A DNA stretch of 64,000 nt, taken from contig CM035350.1 in the NCBI GenBank assembly GCA_020137815.1, positions 7,874,001-7,938,000 on the forward strand. The letters run 5' to 3'. The notes under the pieces were generated by a model, which worked only from the letters and a program-made list of their open reading frames with translations, ran no database searches and had not been told where the DNA came from. This document shows positions 40,480 through 50,700 of this stretch, in pieces. The first letter of the stretch is position 1, and each line of letters opens with the position of its first letter. Position numbers and translations under genes: made by a program. The stretch is from Hormiphora californensis. Its lineage: Eukaryota > Animalia > Ctenophora.

Positions 40480-41402
40480 TTAGGGCGTTTCAGAAATAAC
40501 TTCGCTTCGCGATATTTTGGGATCTATGATAGATAGAGACTTCTACCCAGTTTTATCTTGTTCAATGGACGATTCTCTTCTTGGGAACGTGTTTTGAATA
40601 GTTTACGGCAATGTTTAGTACCAAAAATTGGGTGATATGATACCAGAAGTCATGTTGCCGCTGAACGGGGTTCCCAGAGTTTTTCAAACGCCGCTGGAGA
40701 GGAGCTGATATGGATTTTTGGCTTTCTGTAGCGCTCAATCGATAGCCCATCGTCTAAGGATGAGATATATATGCGATTTGGGCCTCGACGCGTTGCTCAA
40801 AAACCTCTTGGACAGTAAGTGTAACATAAAAAGTCGAAAAAATGCAAAATTTCACCTCAATTTTTGGCTTGTTTTGGGGGTATGTTCGAAAACGTCAATT
40901 ATTAACTTTTATATGTCAACAAATCAAATAATTGGCTTGACTATGTGATAGAACTTCCTTAGAGCTATCTTTTGCTGCAAAGTTTTTGATTATGAGCTAC
41001 TCATATAAAAGGTGAAGGGACCCGGAAGTGAAACTTTCCAATTCTTACCGAATTTTTTTGGAGGCCGATTGCTCAGCCGCAAATAAAGTTAGGATCTTCT
41101 ATTACATCTTAAACGATAGATAATTGTCTAATTAACAAGCTTGATGCAATAAAACATCCCACAGATTCAATTTTCAAGAAGTACAGTAGTTTCAGCACTA
41201 TGCGCGTTTTTCCCGTTCAGCGGCAGTTTGAGTTAAAGGTGTTTCCGGGTTCGCTGAGAGCCACCCCTGATCAAAAATTTCAAAATAACTACGGTTGTGA
41301 GTAGTCAAGACTTCAAATAACACGCTACAAAAGTGTATATGTGGATATCTTCAATACTTTTTGAAAATATCGGGAGACGAAGTTATTTCTGAAACGCCCT
41401 AA
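40480..41402. mobile_element. 923-bp MITE inserted in pol
   Basis: Perfect TIR TTAGGGCGTTTCAGAAATAACTTCG; TATTA duplicated at 40475-40479 and 41403-41407; a diverged relative of its internal sequence sits at ~33850-33960. Confidence 0.9.
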
Positions 41403-44400
41403 TATTATCAATTTTATCTATATTGGGAGAGTATTTGTTAGGGGTATAATGTTTCATTTTTGAAATATTAATTACTCTCTCTGTATCTCCTATTTGTACC
41501 CTGTATAAATGCTGATTAATTACCTCGTTAACCTTATATGGTCCTGACCACTTATGTCCAAATTTATGTAATGGTACATTAATTAAAACCATACACTGCA
41601 TTCCTGCTTCAAAATAAGGACCTCTCGCATTCTTATCATAACTGTTAGCCATGAACTGAGCTTGTTTCTCAACTTGAGAGCTAACCTTCCGAACTGTATC
41701 TCGTACCTTTAGATAAACTTTATAAGCCTCGGTTTCATAATCTTTAAATTCCTTATCTTGAGGGTCTGGAATAAACAAATCTCGTGGTGAACGAGCTTCT
41801 CTACCAAACACCAAGAAATTAGGTGAAAATCCGGTACGATTAGATCTCATACAATTAAGGGTAAATACTATCCAATCTATATACTGGTCATATTTATGAA
41901 AATCTTTATTTCCCATTATAGCTCTAAAACATGTATTTATTCTACGGTGGGAAGATTCAACTCGGCCTTGAGTGGAAGACTTCCACGGAGTCGAGCGAAC
42001 ATTACTAATACCAAAAACTTTACATGTCTCTTTAAATAATTTAGACTCAAAACCTGAACCCTGATCATGACTAATTGAATCAGGTACACCAAATCTGGAA
42101 ATCCAATGCTTTAATATAGCCTTTATTGTGTGGTCAGCACTAGTTGATCGTACTGGTACACAAACGATATATGAACTGTAAAGATCAATCATAGTGAGCA
42201 AGGCAACATTACCAGATGGCGTTCTGCCCTTTTGTGGCTCGAGATGATCTATCTGTAGGCATGCATTGAATGATTCACAGAATTGTGGCTTTAACGGCGC
42301 TTTAAGTGGCCTATTAGTGGCTTTAACCTGATGACATGTGATACAAGCACCTACATACAACTTTATTTCCTGCTTTATTTTATAGAAGTGAAAACGCCTA
42401 GAAACTTGATCAACCGTGTTTTTAACACCTGGGTGACAACTACCCATGAGATTGTGAAACATGTAGATAGCACGCTTTATGAGAGTATGTGGAACTACTG
42501 TTACCCAATTATAATTATTACTCTCTTGATTAAATACTTTATATTTTAACAACCCTTTACTATACTTTAATAGTTCAAATTTCCGATAATAATACCAAGT
42601 CTCACGGTTACTTCGTATTGGATCAATATCTTCTGGTTTCGATCCAACCGAGACCCAAGATATAACTTCAGATAATATCATGTCATTTTGATACTCTCTG
42701 ATGATATCATCCGTGGTGACTGGATCTAGAGACTCATTTTCACAATCTGGCTCTGAAACTCTGAGTACTCTCTCAAACCTTGACACCATATCTCCTTCAT
42801 TTTCTGAATTGCTATTTACCTCATTACCGTTATCAACATCATAATTTTCACAATTTTCACTTTGCTCTTCATCTGTATCCTGTACCGATATATGCCGCAC
42901 AGAGTTCACAGTCTGTGTGCCGACCGTGTTCTCCGAGATGCCGTAAGCATATCGACTGAGATAATCTGGTATCTGTATCTCCTGCGATTTACCAGAAACA
43001 TGATGGATTGTAAACTGGAAACCTGAGAGATCTGATAACCTTCTCTGCATATATGCATTATCTTTACTAAAAATAGTATTCAAATTCTGTAAACTCTTAC
43101 AATCAGTATAAACTGTAAACTTTGTTCCCTGTAAGTATAATCTCCAATTCATAATAGCTGAATGCAATGCTAAAAACTCTAACCTAGTTGCACCCCATCT
43201 CTGGAAATGCTTAGGAAGCTTCTTAGAGTAATATGATATCACTTTACGTTTTTTAGTCCTTGAATCTAACTGAGACAAAACTGCACCAAGTCCCTTTTTT
43301 GACGCATCCAGAGTCAAAACATACGAAGAGTATTCGTCATTAACACTTGGAATACCCAAAATAGGAGCAGTAGCTAAGCAAGACTTTAGCTTGTCAAATG
43401 AAACTTGACACTCTTTAGTCCACTTAAACTCTGTAATAGATTTACCTGTAAGGTCATATAATGGAGCTGAAATTGAAGCAAAATCTCTAATGAAAAGTCT
43501 ATGATAATTAACCATTCCCAAAAACTTTTGAACTTGCTTCACACTAGTGGGAGGTGGTAAATTTTTTATAGCTTTAACTTTATCGTGATCTACCGCTATT
43601 CCTTCTTTAGAAATTCTAAGACCTAAAAACTTAACTTCCTGTTGAAACAATTTGGTCTTCTTTGGAGAAAGTTTCAAATTGCCAAAAGTTAATCGGTCTA
43701 GAACAAACCTCAATCGCTTTAGATGCTCTGGATAAGTGTTACTACAAATAAGTAAATCATCTATGTATAGTAAGAGTGCTTTAAACGGTACTTTTTGAAA
43801 TAAACAAGCCATAGCCCTTGAAAACTCACTACTTGACGAAGTTTGACCCTGTATCATACGGTTGAACATGTATCTCTTGCTATCATAAGTAAATGCCGTG
43901 AGATGTCGACTTTTCTCTTCTAGCCCGATCTGTGTGAATGAACTCACAAAATCGAGTGAAGACAAAATCTCTGTCTCCGTAAGACGGTCAAATACATTTC
44001 TAATCTTAGGTAGCTCATAATTATCCTGTATACATTGTGAATTTAAACTTCTCGCATCTGTAACAAAACGATAAGTAGATCCTGTAGAATTAGATTTGGG
44101 TACCATAAACACTGCTGAATTCCATAAACTGTACTTACATGGAGAAATCTGGCCTGACTTACATAATGCAGCGATTTCCTGATCCATGTGGGGCTTTATT
44201 TTGTACGGAATGGGCCTAGATGGAACCCATTTAGGTACAAAATCACGCTTTAAATTCAATTTTGACTCATAAAATGATGCACAACCTAGATCATTCTTAT
44301 CACGAGCAAAACAATGACTATACTCTGTAACTAACTCTTTCAATTGCTCTCTGTAGAGTGCGGGAACATGAGAAAGGTTGTCAATTTGCAATTGCTCATG

Positions 44401-45342
44401 CAGCTGATTGACATCTTTCCATTTTCCTGTCTCAATAGTCTCCTCTACCGTACATGCAGTATCTAGACGGGGAATGTCTAGATCGGCATTATACCACTCT
44501 TCTTTACCCGTTACTCTTTTCAAAGATCTTACTTGATCTGTTTCACCTTTATTAATCGGCTCAAAAAATCCAAGTAGCTGATTTCTGTATACCTTTATTG
44601 CATTATCTGTGGGGTTGACGCAATGCACGTGAATTTTATTACCTTTAGAGTAAGATAATGTTCCGGTCACTAACAAATTTGATTTGCATGGTAAGCTACG
44701 ATAAGGTTCAACCACTCCTTCATAATTGTTGTCACGCTGTTTCTTAGATAACGGAAAGTTCCCAAGAACAAACATGGAACAATTAGGTGGAACTGTAACA
44801 GTCTGAGATAATCTAATTCTAACTTTATTCTTTATAACAAGGGGTTTTAATTGACTCTCACACACTCTATTAGAGATTCTAACTGTATTAGATGGAACAT
44901 CAATAATCATTTCCATGGATCTGATAACATCCATACCGAGTAAGAAATCGGTATCAATATGATCACATACGATGAAAGTTTCAATACTACTAGCACCATT
45001 TATCTCTATCTGTAAATCTATCTCACCTCTCATCGGTATAAGCTTCTGACTAAGACCTGCTATAAGCTTATTAGTGGGTTTTACATTATCAGCTAAACCT
45101 ATAATATGTACGAGTCTAGTAGCAACTAAACTGACATGAGCTCCTGTATCTACTAAATAATTTACTGGTTGATCTCCACAAAACCCATTCAAAACAATAT
45201 CACGTGAGAGAGGTCTCCTTTGTCGAGACTCATTCGCACATCTATTGACGGAGCTAGATGGTTCTTGCGAATGTGAATCAACGGTAGGGTTGCCTGTAGA
45301 TATAAAATACCTCTCTCTAAAGAAAATTCTGTTTATGACCAC
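41383..45342 (-). CDS. pol: Pol polyprotein (protease, dUTPase-like spacer, RT, RNase H, integrase), truncated by the MITE
   Basis: LVDTGA; YIDD; LDASKKGLGAVL..LEFLAL..TDCKSL; HHCC (H..SCHPG..CITC); D-D-E (IDH, HDQG, RVES); WSGPY. Confidence 0.95.
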   Translation of the reverse strand: MVINRIFFRERYFISTGNPTVDSHSQEPSSSVNRCANESRQRRPLSRDIVLNGFCGDQPVNYLVDTGAHVSLVATRLVHIIGLADNVKPTNKLIAGLSQKLIPMRGEIDLQIEINGASSIETFIVCDHIDTDFLLGMDVIRSMEMIIDVPSNTVRISNRVCESQLKPLVIKNKVRIRLSQTVTVPPNCSMFVLGNFPLSKKQRDNNYEGVVEPYRSLPCKSNLLVTGTLSYSKGNKIHVHCVNPTDNAIKVYRNQLLGFFEPINKGETDQVRSLKRVTGKEEWYNADLDIPRLDTACTVEETIETGKWKDVNQLHEQLQIDNLSHVPALYREQLKELVTEYSHCFARDKNDLGCASFYESKLNLKRDFVPKWVPSRPIPYKIKPHMDQEIAALCKSGQISPCKYSLWNSAVFMVPKSNSTGSTYRFVTDARSLNSQCIQDNYELPKIRNVFDRLTETEILSSLDFVSSFTQIGLEEKSRHLTAFTYDSKRYMFNRMIQGQTSSSSEFSRAMACLFQKVPFKALLLYIDDLLICSNTYPEHLKRLRFVLDRLTFGNLKLSPKKTKLFQQEVKFLGLRISKEGIAVDHDKVKAIKNLPPPTSVKQVQKFLGMVNYHRLFIRDFASISAPLYDLTGKSITEFKWTKECQVSFDKLKSCLATAPILGIPSVNDEYSSYVLTLDASKKGLGAVLSQLDSRTKKRKVISYYSKKLPKHFQRWGATRLEFLALHSAIMNWRLYLQGTKFTVYTDCKSLQNLNTIFSKDNAYMQRRLSDLSGFQFTIHHVSGKSQEIQIPDYLSRYAYGISENTVGTQTVNSVRHISVQDTDEEQSENCENYDVDNGNEVNSNSENEGDMVSRFERVLRVSEPDCENESLDPVTTDDIIREYQNDMILSEVISWVSVGSKPEDIDPIRSNRETWYYYRKFELLKYSKGLLKYKVFNQESNNYNWVTVVPHTLIKRAIYMFHNLMGSCHPGVKNTVDQVSRRFHFYKIKQEIKLYVGACITCHQVKATNRPLKAPLKPQFCESFNACLQIDHLEPQKGRTPSGNVALLTMIDLYSSYIVCVPVRSTSADHTIKAILKHWISRFGVPDSISHDQGSGFESKLFKETCKVFGISNVRSTPWKSSTQGRVESSHRRINTCFRAIMGNKDFHKYDQYIDWIVFTLNCMRSNRTGFSPNFLVFGREARSPRDLFIPDPQDKEFKDYETEAYKVYLKVRDTVRKVSSQVEKQAQFMANSYDKNARGPYFEAGMQCMVLINVPLHKFGHKWSGPYKVNEVINQHLYRVQIGDTERVINISKMKHYTPNKYSPNIDKIDNIRAFQK

Positions 45343-46546
45343 TTGATTCTCTATAAACGTTATTAATAGTTTTCTTTAAACCTGGACAATTCTTCATATA
45401 ATGCTCACCTTTACAAATATAACACTCTAACTTACGACTACGGGAATCAGATCTACCGATATTACTATATCGCCCTCTACTGTTAGAGCGACCTCTGTAT
45501 GAACGATCTCTATAACTGAATCTATCCGAAGATCGTCTTCGGCCTCTGGACCTGTCCCAGGAACGGTCACGAGAACGATCGCGTGAGCGATCCTGAGATC
45601 GATCGCGAGAACGATCGCGAGAACGATCACGGTAGCGACCTTGAGAACTATCCCGGTAACGACCTTGAGAACGATCACGAGAATTACCTCTATACCTTTC
45701 CCTAGAATCGGATCTATTTCTGTATCCCGATCCACCTGCAGTGTTTGATTCAGAACTATAAGGTGTAGAACTCCGATAATTACCTTTATAATTGCGGTTT
45801 CTTGGCCTTGATCTATCAGAACTAAATCTTACCTCTGTAGTGGAACTCTTCATGATACTTGATGTAGAAGAAGATGTTGCTTCCTCCTCTTGATCCTTCG
45901 CGAGACGCTCAAGATGCTTGGCCTGCCTCACTGCGGTCTTGAATGAATCTAGATCCACGTTTTCGTTCAACTTGGTCCGGATACCTGGATCTGAAATACC
46001 TTTAAGGAATACCAACAAGCACTGGTCTTCAGCTGACTCCTTATCTTCTGGATAAGCTAGAGAAGCCTTTTTCCGCAATTTAAAAACATAATCTGAAATG
46101 GATTCGTTAGTCAACTGTTTACAAGCGTTTAACTGACGCCTCAGAGAAAACCTCTGTTCCCCGTAAATAGCTTTCTTGAAGAGTTCAAGAAACCGTTCGT
46201 GACTCTCTTGATCGTATTCATCAACTGTAACAGACTTAAACAACTGGTAGGTCTTATCATCCTTTATACTCTGCATAAACATTGGAAACTGCCTACTACT
46301 ACCTAGGCGAGCAACTTGACAATACTCTGCATATCTCTCGCAATGCAACATGAAATCATCTCCTTTATTGAAAGATGGACGTTCTGTCTGATTGGACAGA
46401 TTTAACAACTGAATAGCACTTGACAACTCAACTTCTCTACCCGAGCTTTCTTGAAGCTTGGATTCAAGCTCACTCTTGAAATCTGGATCATCCTTTATTA
46501 ACTGATCGACGCGCTCACTTATCTGTGTCTTAGTGAGATCCGTCAT
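45317..46546 (-). CDS. gag: Gag (capsid-like region, RS-rich linker, CCHC zinc knuckle)
   Basis: KQLTNESISDYVFKLR MHR-like motif, RDRS repeats and CYICKGEHYMKNC; the ATG is ~30 nt from the 5' LTR. Confidence 0.92.
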   Translation of the reverse strand: MTDLTKTQISERVDQLIKDDPDFKSELESKLQESSGREVELSSAIQLLNLSNQTERPSFNKGDDFMLHCERYAEYCQVARLGSSRQFPMFMQSIKDDKTYQLFKSVTVDEYDQESHERFLELFKKAIYGEQRFSLRRQLNACKQLTNESISDYVFKLRKKASLAYPEDKESAEDQCLLVFLKGISDPGIRTKLNENVDLDSFKTAVRQAKHLERLAKDQEEEATSSSTSSIMKSSTTEVRFSSDRSRPRNRNYKGNYRSSTPYSSESNTAGGSGYRNRSDSRERYRGNSRDRSQGRYRDSSQGRYRDRSRDRSRDRSQDRSRDRSRDRSWDRSRGRRRSSDRFSYRDRSYRGRSNSRGRYSNIGRSDSRSRKLECYICKGEHYMKNCPGLKKTINNVYRESSGHKQNFL

Positions 46547-46563
46547 CAAACAATTGGTTTTTA

Positions 46564-46574
46564 ATCAGGCTCCA
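46564..46574 (-). other. Putative primer-binding site
   Basis: TGGAGCCTGAT begins 2 nt after the 5' LTR, and TGG pairs with a tRNA CCA end. The tRNA identity is not established. Confidence 0.65.
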
Positions 46575-46576
46575 AT

Positions 46577-46736
46577 TGAAATGAATGAAGTATTGAATGG
46601 ATGAGTATAATGTTTTGGAGTCGAGTAGGTACTAAGATGACAACAGCTAGATTCACCAAACAAGAAGTGTCTTATCTATAAAACATTGCTCACGCATTGC
46701 ACATGACATAATATAAAATATAACCTATACATCACA
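46577..46736 (-). repeat. 5' LTR (160 bp)
   Basis: TGTGATG...CATTTCA on the minus strand, identical to the 3' LTR. Confidence 0.95.
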
Positions 46737-47317
46737 CTAGTGTATCAAAGATTATGTGATTTTCGAATTCTAACCGTCCTTAGGACGGTCCTAATGGCAG
46801 TTATTGTCATTGAGTGCAGTACGCAGTTGTGTTTGAGTGAAGTGAGTGGGTGAAGACGTGAAGTGCGTGCATTATGTAGGTAGTTGCCTGACTTGTACGT
46901 AAGAAGTAATTGAGTCACCCGGGTTGGTTTTTATCGAGTGATTATACACTTCCAGCAAACTATATGACAATGGGTGATCGTTTGGTGGACCATATTGTTT
47001 ATTATTACCATGGTAACCTTCCCATGAAGCTATGGTGAGTCTAATTCGATCATAAATACCATTACACGACAATCCAATATGGAAGTGTTGATGAGAAACT
47101 CGCCGAGAGGGTGGGAGAGAGATATAATAATTAATAGAGCTACCTGCTACAGCTGTTTGTGGCAAAGAATGTGGGGAGCCCATGAGAGACAACTTTCATT
47201 TTCATTTTCAGCCGCTAATGCGATCAGCTTCCACTTTCACTTTCACTACCGAAGCCGTTGAGACGAATGGCAGGGTAAGCCACCTGCTGCCGGTTGTGGT
47301 ACTGGTAGAGAATTTTG

Positions 47318-47433
<116 letters not shown>

Positions 47434-47704
47434 CGTACTACGAGCGAGATTAGTTAAGATATGGACGATGTCATCTAATCTTACTCACGTGGACCCTTTC
47501 AGTTTCACTTTCACTTTCACTTTCATCAACTGGTGACTACTGCACGGGATACACGTGACCGGTACCGCGTGAGTGGCAGGACTATTTAGATCTACCATAA
47601 CACCTCAGAAGTTAGAATTCGTCCCCATTTCCAAGAGTTTTATTCTTTATATAGCAACCACCCATCTAAACTGTTAAACTGACCATTGTAGCAAATATAA
47701 GTTC

Positions 47705-50700
47705 ATGATGAAGTTGTCGATGGTTATTCTGGTAGCCCTGGTTGGTGCAGTCTCTGCCGCCAATCTCAATTGCCCAAAGTGCGTCGAAACCGGTAAGTTT
47801 GGTGTTGTATTAGTACGTCCAGCATTTCAACGTGTCTTTAATATTATACTTACAGTAGGTTAGCGACTGGCTATTTGAAATGGCGGCTAGTTTGAAACAC
47901 CCCTTCTACAGGCCAGCAGGTGCACCATATTTGATTTTTAGACATCAGTGGGATAGTCAAACGGGGGGGGGGGGGGGGGGGGGGGGCCGGCTGAAGTTTT
48001 TGAAGTTTTTGAAGTCGACTTCAAAAACTTCAAACAGAAACTTAGGGTGGAAAACTTCAAAAACTTCAAAAACTCATATCTCCTAAACCGTTGCAGATAG
48101 GCCCTATGTTGCTTCATAACTCTTATATAAACTTGCATATTCCGAACAAGATACACCCCTTTAAAAATCCTATAGACACTCAGAAACCATTAAAACTGGT
48201 CTAGCCCAAAAAAAGTCATGCGCACATACAAAATTATGAAAATATCCCATTATCCCTCGAATTAGATGAGGTGGAGACTTCATTTTGGCACTTACCCCCA
48301 CTAACTCGAGGCCGCTGATGATTTTAGTGTCCATAGTTTTTCACTACTCCCTTCATAAAAAATTTGCATTTTGTGAAACTGGAAAAAAGGGTGTGGCCCC
48401 AAAAAAATTTTTGAAAATTTAATTCATAGTAATTTTAAACACTTTCTTAGCAATTTCTAGGCAATTTGAGTTTTTGAGAATGAAAATTAAATTTGTTTTT
48501 ACAAGAAAATTAAATTTTTCACACCAAATTGTGCCTTGGATTTCATGGCTAGGAATCATTGTAAATATCCTAATTTGTGCTAGAAAAAGGGCAGACAAGG
48601 ACGGATAACTTTGCCACAATATGTATTAAGCATGAAACTAACCTAAACAAGTGTAATAAAAGTCACTAATAGCATATAAAAGTAGTTAAGAGTTTTTGAA
48701 GTTTTTGAAGTTTTTGAAGTCAACTTCAAAAACTTCAAAAACTCAAAAAGTAGGGTGGAAAACTTCAAACTTCAAAAACTTCAGCCGGCCCCCCCCCCCC
48801 CAGTCAAACTCATGCCAAGCCCACTACTGTATAAAAATCCAAATTTGGTGCACCTGTTGTCCTATTATTATGTTTCAAATTAGCCGCCATTTCAAATAGC
48901 AAGTCGCTACCCTATATAATATATATGAATTATATCAAGGTGTGTCGGTACATCAGGAAATTACAAATTTGGAAACTGATATCAGTTTCCAGCTCCCAGT
49001 TACAAATGGCAGTGCTGAAACTACACGCAGCGCTACTTTCAAATGAGTCTCCCAGCTAGAAACTGGTGTCAGTTTCCTGCAACCTGGTGTCAGTTTCCTA
49101 TTTCTAACTGTCCCTCTCTCAATTATTCCCCTCTGTCAACCATTCCGTTCTGTCATAGCATAGACTTTTTGGCGCCCTTATCACAACCCATTGGCCATTA
49201 CTACTGCAGCTGCAGTGATGTGTACACTGTACACACACATTGACCCCTCTGTGTTGTGTTCTTACATGTGTACACTGTAGCTAGTCAGGGCATATGATAC
49301 CAAAAAATGCTGAAAAAGAGTGTTTTTGGTGTTTCTAGGGACCTATTAGAGTCTACTAGAAGTGGAATTAGCTTGATAACAATTATACCCTCATTTTATC
49401 ATCATATGCCCTTGGTAATGAAATTCCCCCTCTGCGCTAGCTCACGGAGGGGTAATAATATCGCTTGTACGGCGGGAAAAAAATTCCTGTGTCCAAACTA
49501 CAAAGCAGAAAGTTCTAATTTTTTGAACATACCGAGGAAATTGTCTGAGCTACCATTACATACCGGAATTTTTCGATATTTTGGCCATTAACACTGTTTT
49601 TGTTTTTGGAAAACTATGAAGATGCTGGAATTTGGCTACAAAAACCTTCAGAAATGTGCAAAATGCCATTCCAAAGGTATTAGAGGTGGATTCATTGATA
49701 ACTAAGCTATAGTCGAGTCAGAAAAAATTCCACAAGATTGGAATTTTATGCCCATATAAGGAGTTATGCGACACACCTCTGTTGTTAAACATGTGGTGTA
49801 ATCGCTACCGGTCGTTACTTTCTGTAGAATTCAGGTCCTGGTTACTATACAAACTAGTACCATACGTTTTAGATAGGTTTTTGACAAGTTTTTGATAACT
49901 TTTTATGAGAAGGTCCCGTAAATTTTCATTTTTAGGTAGGCGGTATTGTCACCCCTATATGCAATAATAGGGGTGACTTCGTAACCAACATATGCCCTGA
50001 CTAAGCGTGCAAATTCATCTCAATAACACGCTCCCGCCGCGATACAAAACTTGTACAGCCGGGATATATACTTTACCGGTATCCCATTTGTAATCAGCGT
50101 TCTCAAATTCAACTTTCCCCCAGAGAAGGGTACAGATTGTACAGCAACATCTACGCAATGTGACAGTGCTGCAGGAAGATGCTACAGTATTACATACACG
50201 TAAGTCATGAGGTAACACTCACAATTATAGCACAGTAAAAGAAAGGTACCTACGTCCTACATAATTTAAATATTTGGTAAAACATGCGGAATATAGCACC
50301 GTTAAACATATGTCTACCCCATCAGAAAGACACCGAAAGATGGGACAGCCAAAGAGTACTTCATGAAGGGCTGTGCTGTACCTACTACTACAGATGAGTT
50401 GACAGTGTTTGGTCTTGTAAATGATGCAGCCGTTGCAACATACACAGCCCTAAAAGGTGAGCGTAAATACCAGTACAAACCCCTCTACCTCTAGATACCA
50501 ATACAAACCCCTCTACCTCTAGATGCCAGTACAAACCCCTCTACCTCTAGATGCCAGTACAAACCCCTCTACCTCTAGATACCAGTACAAACCCCTTTAC
50601 CTCTAGATGCCAGTACAAACCCCTCTACCTCTAGATGCCAGTACAAACCCCTCTACCTCTAGATACCAGTACAAACCCTTCTACCTCTAGATGCCAGTAC

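Larger units (their letters stand above)
35235..46736 (-). mobile_element. Full-length Ty3/Gypsy LTR retrotransposon with env and an extra ORF (retrovirus-like provirus)
   Basis: Identical 160-bp LTRs (TG...CA), CTAG TSD (35231-35234, 46737-46740), PBS, PPT, and gag-pol-env-ORF4 with PR-RT-RH-IN order. Confidence 0.97.
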
